Assembly (NCBI GenBank): GCA_963813335.1
Contig: CAWEYL010000005.1
Coordinates: forward strand, 1 to 64,000
Direction of reading: 5' to 3'
Source: an uncultured Chloroflexia bacterium
GTDB taxonomy: Bacteria; Chloroflexota; Limnocylindria; Limnocylindrales; CSP1-4
Length of the DNA stretch: 64,000 nucleotides
Under the pieces are notes generated by a model. It was not told where the DNA came from, ran no database searches, and worked only from the letters and a program-made list of their open reading frames with translations. Shown piece after piece: positions 9,154-19,647 of this stretch. How positions within the stretch are numbered: position 1 is the first letter of the stretch; each line of letters starts with the position of its first letter. The translations under genes and the position numbers were made by a program.

Positions 9154-9197
9154 TTGCATTCGCCGATCCATCCCCGTATAGTGAACCACATGGTTCA
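9154..9197 (+). promoter_or_regulatory. Sigma70-type promoter with ArsR operator overlapping a leaderless start
   Basis: TTGCAT(9154)-N17-TATAGT(9177); palindrome TGAACC-acat-GGTTCA (9182-9197) covers ATG 9190. Confidence 0.75.
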
Positions 9198-9552
9198 GTA
9201 TACGAGCGGCCGGCTCGATGCCTCTTTCGCGGCGCTCTCGGACGCCACCCGACGCGGCGTCCTGGAGCGGCTCGGACGTGCCGACGCGTCGATCACGGAC
9301 CTGGCCCAGACGTTCCACATGACCCTCACGGGCATGCGGAAGCACGTCGGCGTCCTGGAGCAGGCCGAGCTCGTCACGACGCAGAAGGTCGGTCGAGTGC
9401 GGACTTGCCGGCTCGGCCCGCGCCGACTCGAACAAGAGACGGCATGGATCGATGGGTACCGCCAGCTCTGGGACGGACGCTTCGACGAGTTGGACAAGGT
9501 CGTCGAGGAACTGACACGGAAGGAGAAGGTCGATGGACGCGACAACGAGTGA
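9190..9552 (+). CDS. ArsR/SmtB family transcriptional regulator
   Basis: FAALSDATRRGVL..KHVGVLEQAELV..KVGRVR. Confidence 0.92.
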   Translation: MVQYTSGRLDASFAALSDATRRGVLERLGRADASITDLAQTFHMTLTGMRKHVGVLEQAELVTTQKVGRVRTCRLGPRRLEQETAWIDGYRQLWDGRFDELDKVVEELTRKEKVDGRDNE

Positions 9553-10045
9553 GCCCACCCCCATGACGAACCGCACGACGGTGGAACGGACGTCCGAGCG
9601 TGAGCTCGTCGTCACGCGGACTGTCAACGGTCCGGCGCGCCTCGTGTTCGAGGCGTGGACCAAGCCCGAGCTGTTCAGGCAGTGGTGGGTGCCGAAGTCG
9701 TTGGGAATGTCCCTGCTTTCCTGCGACATGGATGTTCGTGTCGGGGGCAAGTACCGGTTGGAGTTCGCACACGGGGACTCACAGGCGGCGTTCTTCGGCA
9801 CGTACCAGGAAGTCACACCGCACTCGCGCCTCGTCTGGACCAATGAGGAAGGTGACGATGGTTCCGTCACGACGGTGACCTTCGCGGATAACGGCGGCAA
9901 GACGTTGCTGGTCATGCACGAGCTCTATCCCTCGAAGGAGGCTCTCGACGCCGCCGGCACCGGGGCGGCGGATGCGATGGGAGAGACGTTCGAGCAACTG
10001 GACGAGCTTCTCGTCACCCTGGGCACGAGCGCGGGACGGCCATGA
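9533..10045 (+). CDS. SRPBCC/AHSA1-like domain protein
   Basis: ELVVTRTVNGPARLVFEAWTKPELFRQWW..DVRVGGKY; overlaps the arsR stop. Confidence 0.92.
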   Translation: MDATTSEPTPMTNRTTVERTSERELVVTRTVNGPARLVFEAWTKPELFRQWWVPKSLGMSLLSCDMDVRVGGKYRLEFAHGDSQAAFFGTYQEVTPHSRLVWTNEEGDDGSVTTVTFADNGGKTLLVMHELYPSKEALDAAGTGAADAMGETFEQLDELLVTLGTSAGRP

Positions 10046-10120
10046 AGTCGTCGATCGGTGGTCGTCGGCCCGTGCGTTCGGCTCCGGTAGCCGCTCGGCA
10101 AGGATCCTAGGTCACGATCG

Positions 10121-10143
10121 CGCGCCCGACACCTGTCGGGCGC
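10121..10143. repeat. Palindromic element copy 2
   Basis: CGCGCCCGACACCTGTCGGGCGC, identical to 6021-6043, between convergent genes. Confidence 0.85.
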
Positions 10144-10167
10144 CAATACCACGCACCTCGACGACAT

Positions 10168-11535
10168 TCAGCCCGGTGCTTGGCCCCGAGGACTCGCCGA
10201 CGGGGCAGGTCGCAGGCTGGCCAGGATCACCATCACATATGGCAGGACGACCATCACCACGGCCACCGCCAGCAGGATCAATGCGATCAGCTCCAGGCGC
10301 GCTTGGAGCATCGTCGCGACCAGCAGGATGACCATCAGCGGCGCCTTGAACAGCACCAGCAGGAAGCCGCCCATGATCCCACCGACGATCACGTCCAGTG
10401 GCATGCCCGGAGCGAGCTGGCTGATCGCGAGTGCGACGCAGACGGAGGCGAAGATCGCGGGGAACGTCGGTCCACCGAGGAAGCCGCTCTTGAACGCGAC
10501 CGCCAGCAGGGCGAGCTTGACGAGCGCCATCGCGACGAGGACTGCGGGCCCATACCGGGACGGATCCTCGGCCACTTCCAGGACCTGGGTCTCGCCGGAG
10601 AACAGGAGGATCGGGGCGAAGACGCCGACGACACTGAAGATGGCCCCTGCGGCAAGGGCGCGCTCGACCTCGCGGCCCTCGAAGCGCCCGAAGAATGCGG
10701 CAGCGATGCGGAACATCGCCCCCGAGACGAGGGCCAGGACGAGCCCGGTCAGCCCGAAGACGACGACCAGCATGATGTCGACCGGGGCATAGGTCCTCGT
10801 GGGCGGGAGGTCGAGGAAGTCCTGGAGTCCTGTGCCGCCCGCGGCGAGGAACACGAAATACCCGATCGCACCGCCGATGAGGTTGGCGGGCAGGTTGCGG
10901 CTGCGGTTCTCCGGATCCTGGATCAGCTCGGTGCCGAGGACGCCCGTGAACAAGGGGTTGGCGATGAGTCCGTTGTAGGCGGAGGCGATGGTCGAGAAGA
11001 CCAGCCGGGACCGCTGCTCCACGGGGATGCCCACCTTCTCGCCGTACATGATGGCGATCTTGGACGCGATCCCCCCGATCCCGCCTTCGGGTCCGAGCAC
11101 GGCCCCGGAGAAGAGGGAGGCCCATGCCATCACGACATTCGTCGGCAGGGTCCGCCAGTCGATCTTCGTCACGTCGCCGGCGAGGCTGTCAAGGAGCGAT
11201 TCGTCGAGGGTCGTCGGGGCATGACGGTACTTGACGAGCAGGCCCACGAGGAGCGAGAAGGGCAGACAGATCGCGGGGAACAGCCACGGGTTCGCGCGCA
11301 CGTATTCGTTCTCCCAGAGCAGCTCGCTCACGAACTCGAAGACGAGCAGCCACGCGAGGACCGCGACGGCACCGATGAGGGCGATGATCACGACGTGGAC
11401 ATGCGGGTGCACCACTCGCGCGTCGGTGACCGGCTCACCCAGCTGCCGCTCGCCCGCGATGCCCGTGACTGTCGTGGGCGCCCCGGCTTCGTCCTCGCTC
11501 ATTACGACCTCACTCGTCGACTCGGCACCGCTCAC
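10168..11535 (-). CDS. Chloride channel (ClC/EriC, YfeO-like) family membrane protein without CBS domains
   Basis: LGPEGG (gating-Glu motif), LFSGE and GFLGGPTFP motifs; many TM helices; GTGA overlap with the upstream gene. Confidence 0.82.
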   Translation of the reverse strand: MSGAESTSEVVMSEDEAGAPTTVTGIAGERQLGEPVTDARVVHPHVHVVIIALIGAVAVLAWLLVFEFVSELLWENEYVRANPWLFPAICLPFSLLVGLLVKYRHAPTTLDESLLDSLAGDVTKIDWRTLPTNVVMAWASLFSGAVLGPEGGIGGIASKIAIMYGEKVGIPVEQRSRLVFSTIASAYNGLIANPLFTGVLGTELIQDPENRSRNLPANLIGGAIGYFVFLAAGGTGLQDFLDLPPTRTYAPVDIMLVVVFGLTGLVLALVSGAMFRIAAAFFGRFEGREVERALAAGAIFSVVGVFAPILLFSGETQVLEVAEDPSRYGPAVLVAMALVKLALLAVAFKSGFLGGPTFPAIFASVCVALAISQLAPGMPLDVIVGGIMGGFLLVLFKAPLMVILLVATMLQARLELIALILLAVAVVMVVLPYVMVILASLRPAPSASPRGQAPG

Positions 11536-12878
11536 GCGTCGGCTCCCAGGGGCCTGGTCGCCGGCCCCGAGTCGATGCCCGGGCCGCCAAGCCCCTGGGC
11601 ATCGGGGTCAAGTGCCAGATCCAGATCGATGCTGTCCCCGAAGTGCTCGGCGACGGTCGCGTCGAGGCGGTGCAACTCGCTGTCGACGGCCGCCCGGTTG
11701 TCGGGGAGCACCAGTTCGCGGAGCTCCTCGAGCAGGGCACGAAGCCGGCGGACCACCTGGATGCTTCCGCCGCCGTACTCCCGGATCTCGGTGATCGCGA
11801 GCGACAGGAGCTCGGGCCACGTGCGGACCGGCATGATCACGCCGGTCGTGATGGCCGCCGACGACGCCTCGTCCCCCGGGTGCTGGGCAGTCCCGATCAT
11901 CCGCAAGGTCTCCCCGAGGTGGTCGAGGACCTGGACCGCCGTCGTCGGGTCGTTCACAGCGGGCGACAGTGCCCGCGTCGCGACATCGACCATGACGCGG
12001 ATGGCGAACGACGGATCCTGCTCGATCGTCCGCTCCACGCCGAAGGCGATCAGGGTGGGCAGGCTCCTCGTGGCGGCGGGCAGCGGCAGGGCTCCGTGGA
12101 CCTCGAGGATCGCGCCATCGACGGGCACGAAATCGCCGACCGCGTGTCGGAAGACGAGGAGACAGCGATGGCGCCGGGCAAAGCGCGTCAAGCCGCGGGC
12201 ATCCACGGCTTGGATGGTGCCGGCACGCGTCGCGCGCACCACGAACGCCGGGGCCGTCGTCGGGCCAGGCGAGCCGCGTGCGACGAACGCGGTGTCGGGG
12301 CGCGCGCCCTCGCGCAGCCAATCGTGGAAGGTCCGGCGGCACTCCCGGGCCATCAGCGCGGCGACCGCCACCGGCCGCATCCGGTGCAGGAAGCGGTCGA
12401 AGAACAGCATGAACAGGGCGAGGCCGAGGATCACGCCGGCGGCGGCGACGCTCACGCTGATGTCCGGAACCGCCTCCGGCCGGACCTGGCGGATGACGCT
12501 GAACGCCAGCGTCAGTGTCCCGATGAGCTCCGCCAGCAGAAGCTTGAGCATGCCGTCGCGGTACCACAGCCGCATGTAGCGGGGCGAGAAGGTCCCTGTC
12601 GCCATCTGCACCCCGAGGACCGTCACGGTCACGACGAAGCCCGTGAGCGACGCGGCCGCCCCGATCGTCGCCGAGAGGACGGAGGTCGCCGATTCCGCGG
12701 AGTACTGCCACATGGGCAGCACCCCTTCCGCGTCGAGCCAGAGGCCGATCTCGGCCACGATCAGCCCGACCACGCCGCCAAGAAGCGGCACGATCCATAG
12801 GCTGCTCTTGACGTACTGGCCGGCCCGGAACGCGATACCCCAGGTCACAGCCGTTCGTACCCAGGCATCAGGAGGCAC
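11532..12878 (-). CDS. DUF2254 family membrane protein
   Basis: QMATGTFSPR and ERTIEQDP.F..RVMVDVATRALSPAVNDPTTAVQVLD motifs. Confidence 0.88.
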   Translation of the reverse strand: MPPDAWVRTAVTWGIAFRAGQYVKSSLWIVPLLGGVVGLIVAEIGLWLDAEGVLPMWQYSAESATSVLSATIGAAASLTGFVVTVTVLGVQMATGTFSPRYMRLWYRDGMLKLLLAELIGTLTLAFSVIRQVRPEAVPDISVSVAAAGVILGLALFMLFFDRFLHRMRPVAVAALMARECRRTFHDWLREGARPDTAFVARGSPGPTTAPAFVVRATRAGTIQAVDARGLTRFARRHRCLLVFRHAVGDFVPVDGAILEVHGALPLPAATRSLPTLIAFGVERTIEQDPSFAIRVMVDVATRALSPAVNDPTTAVQVLDHLGETLRMIGTAQHPGDEASSAAITTGVIMPVRTWPELLSLAITEIREYGGGSIQVVRRLRALLEELRELVLPDNRAAVDSELHRLDATVAEHFGDSIDLDLALDPDAQGLGGPGIDSGPATRPLGADA

Positions 12879-12905
12879 CTCGGGGGCGACGTCGAACGCG
12901 GCGAC

Positions 12906-15258
12906 CTATTGCCGGGCCATGTGCATCCGGAGCTCGGCCTCGGGATCGACGATGAGCTCGCCGCTCACGTCCACGACGACCTTCTCGAGGCGGCCCGTGA
13001 ACGCGAACGGGCTGGTGTACTCCGGCCGTCACCGGGGAACCCGGATTGTGGCCGCAGCTGACGCCGCCCGGGTTGAACATGAACGGCGTCGTGTACGGGG
13101 CGTCGGCGCTCGCGACGAGCGCCCCATCGACGTAGAGCTGGAGCCGGCCCGGTGCGCCCTTGCCGTGCGGCATGTCGGGCTGGCCGGTGGGCTCGAACTC
13201 GAAGCGGAGCTCGTGGCGGCCGGCCGGAAGCTGGTCGGGCGACGAGACCGTGAACCCCTGCCGGGCAACGTAGTTGTGGACGTAGTGCAGCCGACCGCCC
13301 TTGACGTACAGCGAGTAGCCGCCGGCCGCCGTCCCCTGGCAGAACAGGACGCCCTCGGCGCCGCCCTCCGGGATCTCCACGGTCGCGGTGATGCTGTGCG
13401 GACGGTTGTGGAGGCGCGGTGCTGCGAAGTTGGGGATCGACTGGGTCCCGGGCACGTAGGTGTACTGGTTGCGAGGGACCGCGACGAGCGGCTTCTCGAC
13501 GATCATCCGGGCGAGGCCCGAGCCGTCGACGGGCATCACCTTGTACTTGCCCGCCTCGACGTACCACGTGCCGATCAGCTCGATGAGCTTCTCGCGGTTC
13601 TCGGCCGCGAGGTCGTGGTTCTCCGCCGGGTCCTCGTCGATGTGGTACAGCTCCCAGCCCGTGGCGTCGAGCTTCGTCAGCGTCTCAGCCGAGATCGGGT
13701 TGCCGAAGCCGGTACCCGCCTCGGTGAACGAGGGGCCTGGCCACGGGCAGACCGCCCGCCAGCCGTCCTTGTAGATGGCCCGGTGCCCGAGCATCTCGAA
13801 GTACTGGGTGTGGTGGCGGCTCGGCGCCGCAGGGTCGTCGAGGGCGTGGGCGAAGCTGACGCCCTCGATCGGCGCCTGGGTGACGCCACGGATCGCCGCC
13901 GGCGCCTCGACGCCCAGGAGGTCCAGGACCGTCGGCACCATGTCGATGATGTGGGCGTACTGCGTGCGGACCTCGCCGCGCGCCCTGACGCCCTTGGGCC
14001 AGGACACGATGAACGGGTCGGTCGACCCGCCCCGGTAGGTCTCCCGCTTCCAGCGCCGGAACGGGGTGTTGCCGGCGAAGGTCCAGCCCCACGGGTAGTG
14101 GTTGAAGTGATCCGGGCCGCCGATCTCGTCGATGACTGCCAGGCTCTCCTCGAGCGTCTCCTGCGCGTTGTTGAAGAATTGGGCCTCGTTCGTTGTCCCA
14201 CCCGGGCCGCCCTCGGCGCTGGCGCCGTTGTCGCTGATGACCATGACGATCGTGTTGTCGAGCACGCCCTGCGCGCGAAGGTAGTCGAGCAGCCGCCCGA
14301 GGTGGTGGTCGGTGTGGCTGAGGAATCCTGCGAACACCTCCATCATCCGCGCGGACAGCTTCCGCGCCTCCGGGCTGAGCGAGTCCCATTCGGGGACGTC
14401 CGGGTCGTGGCGCGACAGCTCGGCGTTCGCGGGCAGGATGCCGAGCTCCTTCTGGCGCGCGAAGACCCGCTCGCGGTACGCATCCCAGCCGTCGTCGAAC
14501 TGGCCGGCGTACTTGTCCGCCCACTCCTTGGGCACGTGGTGCGGCGCGTGGGTGGCCCCGAAGCACAGGTGCAGGTAGAACGGCTTGTCGGGGTCGATCT
14601 GGCGGAGGTCGGTGATGAACTCGATCGACTTGTCGACCAGGTCCTCCGTCAGGTGGTAGCCCTCTTCGGGCGTCTTGGGCGGCTCGACCGGGTGGTTGTC
14701 GTAGACGAGCTCGGGGTACCACTGGCTCGTGTCCCCTCCGAGGAAGCCATAGAAGCGCTGGAAGCCGCGACCGAGCGGCCACCGGTCGTAGGGCCCGGCC
14801 GCCGTCTCGTAGACGCTCGGCGTGAGGTGCCACTTGCCGACCATGTACGTGCCGTACCCGTGCTCGAGCAGCATCTCGGAAAGCATGCCGTTCTCGAACG
14901 GCATGATGCCGTTATAGCCGGGGTAGCCGGTGGCGAACTCGGTGATGCACGCCATGCCGTTGCTGTGGTGATTCCGCCCGGTGACGATGCAGGCGCGGCT
15001 CGGCGAGCACAGTGCCGTCGTGTGCATGTTGCTGAATCGGAGCCCGTCCGCCGCCAGCGCGTCGAAGGTCGGTGTCGAGATCGGGCTGCCGTAGCAGCCG
15101 AGGTGCCCGAACCCGGTGTCGTCGAGGACGACGAACAGGACGTTCGGGGCGCCCTTCGTGGCCCTGGTCGGGGCAGGCCAAGCGGGGCTCGATTCGTCGG
15201 CCGTCCGTCCGATGACCCCCGGGAAGGGAGAGCCAGCAGGGTATTCGACGATCGGCAT
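12906..15258 (-). CDS. Arylsulfatase (Cys-type, cytoplasmic), with one +1 frameshift near 13025
   Basis: PNVLFVVLDD, ALCSPSR formylglycine motif, GKWHL, SDNGAS; AAGGAGGA RBS before ATG 15258. Removing one G near 13025 restores the C-terminus PEYTSPFAFTG..RMHMARQ*. Confidence 0.9.
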
Positions 15259-15597
15259 GAGGTCCTCCTTGGCGCTTACGGTCGCGAGTAGGTTCCGTGC
15301 CGGAACGGCCGGGTCGAGTAGCGGCGCGGAAGCGAGGGTGAAGTGATTGCTCCGGGCGAGGGACGGCACAGCCAAGCCCACGTTCACGGGTGGACCTGAC
15401 CGGTACCAGTCCCGTCGGAACCCGAAGGACGGGCCGTTCGGCCCTGCCCATCGAACGCCGACAGGGCCGAATGCTGGCCTTCGAGCGCCTATCGCGGATG
15501 ACTGCCTGATCGTCGACGGTCAGCGGGGCGCGTCGGGGCAGGCCGCCGACATGTCACGGCGCCTGCGCACGAGGGTCTCGGCCGCGCGTGGTTCCGG

Positions 15598-16162
15598 CTA
15601 GTGCGCCACGCGGTAGCGGAGGTAGACCACGTTCGAGCTGAAGGTGCGGGACTCGACGAGCTCGAGATCGACCCGGCGTTCCTGCCGGGGGAAGAACGGG
15701 ATGCCACCGCCGACGAGCACCGGGTAGACCATGGGCCGGTACTCGTCGATCAGGTCCAGGGCGGCCGCCTGGGCGGCGAGCGTCGCGCCGCCGATGGCGA
15801 TCTCGCCCTCCCCCGGCTCGGCACGCAGCCGCTCGATCTCTGCTGCCAGGCCGCCGGAGGCCAGGCGGGCATTGCCCTGCACCTCGGATAGCGTGGTGGA
15901 GAACACCACCTTCGGGAGCGGCTTCCAGAGGGCGGCCCACTCGAGCTCTGCGTCGTCGAGCGATGGATCCTGGTCGGCGGTCTCCCAGTAGAGCATCGTC
16001 TCGTACAGCCGCCGTCCCATCAGATGGACGCCGACCCCTCGGATCTCGTCGATCCAGAAGCGAAAGACGTCCGCGTGGGGCGGCGCCCAGTCGAAGCGTG
16101 CCGTCCGGCCCGACGATGTAGCCGTCGAGCGACGCGCCCATCGAGTAGGTCACGCTGCGCAT
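15598..16162 (-). CDS. Dihydrofolate reductase-like (RibD C-terminal) protein, frameshift near 16098
   Basis: MRSVTYSMGASLDGYIVGPDG in one frame continues as FDWAPP..LMGRRLYETM..PKVVFSTTL..IGGATLA in another. Confidence 0.85.
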
Positions 16163-16198
16163 CAGAAGTCCTCCTATCAAGCTTCCGATCGGCGCCGA

Positions 16199-18406
16199 TC
16201 ACGCAGTGGCGATGTCCTCGGCCAGCGCCGCTTCGCGACCCGCGACCCGATGCTCCAGCTTGGCCCCCTCGACGTCCATGTTCGGGAGCAGTCGGTCGAG
16301 CCAGCGCGGCAGCCACCAGGCACGTTCGCGCAGCAGCACGAGCACCGCGGGCATGATGGTCATCCGGACCACGAAGGCATCGAAGAAGACCGCGACCGCG
16401 AACGCGAACCCGATGGACTTGACGAAGGCGTCGGCCCCGAGGATGAAGCCACCGAAGACGCCCATCATGATGGTCGCGGCCGCCGTCACCACGGGCGCTC
16501 CGTGGGTGAACCCCACGATCACCGCTCGGACAGCCTCCAGCCCGTGGACGTGCTCCTCGCGCATGCGCGTCACCAGGAACACCTGGTAGTCCATGGCGAG
16601 CCCGAAGACCACGCCGACCATGAACAGCGGCAGCAAGCTGACGATCGCCGACGGCTGCTCGACCCCGAACACAGGACCGAACCAACCCCACTGGAACACC
16701 GCGACGACGGCGCCCAGCGTGGCGAGGACGCTCAGCAGGAACCCGAGCGTCGCGGTCAGCGGCACGAGCAACGACCGGAAGACCAGGGTGAGCACGAGGA
16801 ACGCGAGCCCGACGACCACGAGCAGGTAGGGCAGGAGCGCGTCGCCCAGCTTCTGCGAGATGTCGATGACGATCGCCGTCTGGCCGGTGATGCCGACCGT
16901 GATGCCGGTCTCCGCCTTGATAGCGGGGGCCGCCGCCCGGATCGCGCCGACGAGCCGGACTGTCTCGGCGCTGCTGGGCGCGCTCTTCGGGATGACGTTC
17001 AGGATCGCCGTGTCGCCGGCCTCGTTGAACACAGGAGGCGCCACGAGGAGCACATCCTCGAGCTTGGCGATGTCGGCCGCCACCGCCGCGGCGGAGGTCT
17101 TGGCGTCGGTGCTGCCGGATGCATCGAGCACCACCGTCAACGGACCGTTGAAGCCCGGGCCGAAGCCCGCGGCGAGCAGGTCATAGGCCTTGCGCTGGGT
17201 CGTGGATTGCCCCGCGACGCCGTCGTCGGGCAATCCGAGCCGAAGGTCGAGGGCCGGCAGGGCGATGACCACGAGGAGCGTCACCGCGCCGACCAGGACC
17301 AGCAGCGGTCGGCGCGAGATGAACGTCGGCCAGCGGAGCCACACGGTCCGGCGCTCCGGCTCGCCGCTGTCCTTGGTGCGGCGCTTGATGCGCCGCCCGA
17401 GCACCCGGAGCCCCGCGAACCCGATGAGGGCCGGCATGAGCGTCAGCGCGACGAGCACGGCCAGCGCGACGGTCACGGCCGCCGCCACCCCCATCTCGGT
17501 CAGGAGCGGGATGCCCACCACGGACAGGCCGGTGAGGGCGATGACGACGGTGAGACCCGCGAAGAACACGGCGCTGCCCGCGGTACCCACCGCCCGGCCG
17601 ATCGCCTCGAGCGGGTCGAGGTCTGCGTCGTCGGCGAGCTCCGAGCGGAACCGCGACAGGATGAACAGCGCGTAGTCGATCGAGACGGCAAGACCGATCA
17701 TGATGGCCAGGATCGACGTCGTGGCGCTCAGCGACACGAACCCGCTGGCCGCCGTGATCAGTCCGACGCCGGTGCCGATGCCGAACAGCGCGGTCAGCAG
17801 TGGCAGGCCGGCGGCGACGAAGGAGCCGAAGGTGATGAACAGGACGACCGCCGCGATCAAGATGCCGATCGCCTCGGATGCGCCCTGCTCCGGGATGGGC
17901 TGGAGCGCCGGCCCGCCGACCTCCGCCGTGAGCCCCGCTGCGCGGCCGGCGGCGACCGCTGCCAGCAAGGCCTCGCGGTCGGCATCTTTCATCTCGGTGA
18001 CGGGCACGGTGTAGGCCACCTGCGCCAGCGCCACCCGCCCATCGGGGCTGACGGTGCCCGTCTTGAACGGGTCGCTCACCGCGCCGACATTGGGCAGCGC
18101 TTCGAGCGCGGCCAGCACGTCGGCCACCTTGGCGGCGTTCGCGGGATCGGTCAGGGAACCGCCCTCAGGGGCGGCGAACACGACCCGCGCCGAGGCACCC
18201 GTGGCGTTCGCGGCCGGGAAGCGCGCCTGGAGCGTGTCGATCGCCTGCTGCGCCTCCGTGCCGGGGATGGAGAAGCTCGTGGACGCCGGGCCCTTGAGGG
18301 TCGCTGCCGCAAGACTCGCGCCCACGAGGATCAGGACCCAGACGCCGAGCATGAGCCTGCGGTGCTGGAAGGCCGCCTGGCCGACCCGGAAGAGGAACAG
18401 CGCCAT
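16199..18406 (-). CDS. MMPL family (RND superfamily) transporter
   Basis: Two MMPL repeats with AVSIDYALF and GLAMDYQVF motifs; GFGPGFNGPL; AAGGAG RBS. Confidence 0.95.
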   Translation of the reverse strand: MALFLFRVGQAAFQHRRLMLGVWVLILVGASLAAATLKGPASTSFSIPGTEAQQAIDTLQARFPAANATGASARVVFAAPEGGSLTDPANAAKVADVLAALEALPNVGAVSDPFKTGTVSPDGRVALAQVAYTVPVTEMKDADREALLAAVAAGRAAGLTAEVGGPALQPIPEQGASEAIGILIAAVVLFITFGSFVAAGLPLLTALFGIGTGVGLITAASGFVSLSATTSILAIMIGLAVSIDYALFILSRFRSELADDADLDPLEAIGRAVGTAGSAVFFAGLTVVIALTGLSVVGIPLLTEMGVAAAVTVALAVLVALTLMPALIGFAGLRVLGRRIKRRTKDSGEPERRTVWLRWPTFISRRPLLVLVGAVTLLVVIALPALDLRLGLPDDGVAGQSTTQRKAYDLLAAGFGPGFNGPLTVVLDASGSTDAKTSAAAVAADIAKLEDVLLVAPPVFNEAGDTAILNVIPKSAPSSAETVRLVGAIRAAAPAIKAETGITVGITGQTAIVIDISQKLGDALLPYLLVVVGLAFLVLTLVFRSLLVPLTATLGFLLSVLATLGAVVAVFQWGWFGPVFGVEQPSAIVSLLPLFMVGVVFGLAMDYQVFLVTRMREEHVHGLEAVRAVIVGFTHGAPVVTAAATIMMGVFGGFILGADAFVKSIGFAFAVAVFFDAFVVRMTIMPAVLVLLRERAWWLPRWLDRLLPNMDVEGAKLEHRVAGREAALAEDIATA

Positions 18407-18550
18407 GCTTGAGACTCCTTGTGGGTGGCTGCAACGGGAGATCTCGAAAGACGAGACGGCGGGGACAAGCCCGCCGGCACCGGGGACAGGCGCCGCAAGC
18501 CTCTGGGCAGATGGTATTCGACGCCAGGGATGGAGAGACCTTCCGAACGA

Positions 18551-18580
18551 TTGACGCTATATCGTGGTGCGATATATAGT
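18551..18580 (+). promoter_or_regulatory. Promoter-like element with PadR-type palindrome
   Basis: TTGACG-N18-TATAGT enclosing TATATCG-tggtg-CGATATA (18558-18576). Confidence 0.6.
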
Positions 18581-18675
18581 CGCTGGCGGCGTGCCCGTCA
18601 AACCCCCCGGATGTGCCGCGATCCGGCGATCCGACCGGGAGCCTCGCGAAGTGGATCGGGAAGGATGGGACGCGG

Positions 18676-19647
18676 ATGCGGTCGGCGGTCCTGACCCTCG
18701 CCGTCGCCCTCATGGTGGGCTGCGCCCCGTCCCCGGCACTCCCCGATCGGTCCGCGGTCAAGGCTGAGCTGCGGGGCCTGATCGAGGACGTCCCCGGCTC
18801 GACCGCGTACCGATATCAGCTGAAGGATGACCGTGGCTACGACATGGGGCCGACGAAGGTCATCTGGTCGCCTGAAGCCGGCGCGTTCGCGGGGATCTAC
18901 TTCACGTGGGAGGAGGGACCCGGCGGCTTCGTCGTCCATCTCGCGACATCGAGCGACCTGTCTTCCTGGGACGAGCGGACGGCATACTCGGTCGGCGCGT
19001 CGCAGCCGACGATCGCCCGGACGCCGACGGGTCGCTATGTCGTCGCGTGGGAGCAGGAGCCTGACCCCATCCACCTGGTCATGCTGGAGTTCCCCACCTG
19101 GGAGGACCTGCTCGGCAAGCTGGGGACGCCTCGGGTGATGGAGCCGCAAGTCACGATGCCGGCCTGCGGCGAGGGAACCCCGGACATCACCTCGGCGACC
19201 GACGCCCGCGTGGATGTCACCTTCCACTATCACGCCGACTGCGAGCGCGATCGGGAGGCCAACGGCTGGACCGACTGGACCGACTGGCACTCGAGCGCCG
19301 ACCCCGAGCTCGATGCTGCACTCGAGGCCGCGGGCGTCGTCGGCCACATCGGCGACCGCGACAGCTTCACGTATCGTGGCTACCCGTTCATGCTCATCGA
19401 GGGCGAGACCGTGCCCGGCGACTGGGCGTCGTGGCGGCTCTATCTCTACGATCCGGCGACCCGGAAGGCGGAGCGGCTCGACATCCGGACCCACGGCGGG
19501 AGCCGGTCGTTCTCCAACCCCGGCGTCGAGTTCGTCACCATCGACGGTCGCCAGAGTCTGCTCCTGACGATGTTCCTGTTCTCCGAAGGGGCGGCCCCCG
19601 GAGAGGACGGTGGTCTCCTCTACTACCGCGAGCTTCCCGGGTCGTGA
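18676..19647 (+). CDS. Hypothetical lipoprotein
   Basis: Signal MRSAVLTLAVALMVG-C; codon usage typical of the genome; beta-rich, aromatic and acidic mature region. Confidence 0.75.
   Translation: MRSAVLTLAVALMVGCAPSPALPDRSAVKAELRGLIEDVPGSTAYRYQLKDDRGYDMGPTKVIWSPEAGAFAGIYFTWEEGPGGFVVHLATSSDLSSWDERTAYSVGASQPTIARTPTGRYVVAWEQEPDPIHLVMLEFPTWEDLLGKLGTPRVMEPQVTMPACGEGTPDITSATDARVDVTFHYHADCERDREANGWTDWTDWHSSADPELDAALEAAGVVGHIGDRDSFTYRGYPFMLIEGETVPGDWASWRLYLYDPATRKAERLDIRTHGGSRSFSNPGVEFVTIDGRQSLLLTMFLFSEGAAPGEDGGLLYYRELPGS

Noticed and set aside
6021-10143. Palindromes as integron attC sites or intrinsic terminators
   Set aside because: There are no RYYYAAC/GTTRRRY ends and no integrase, the enclosed genes are in mixed orientation, and there is no U-tract.
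10168-11535. Fluoride-specific CLC-F exporter with fluoride riboswitch
   Set aside because: The CLC-F signatures (GNNLI, GREGT, GEVTP) are absent and the gene is operon-internal with no leader.
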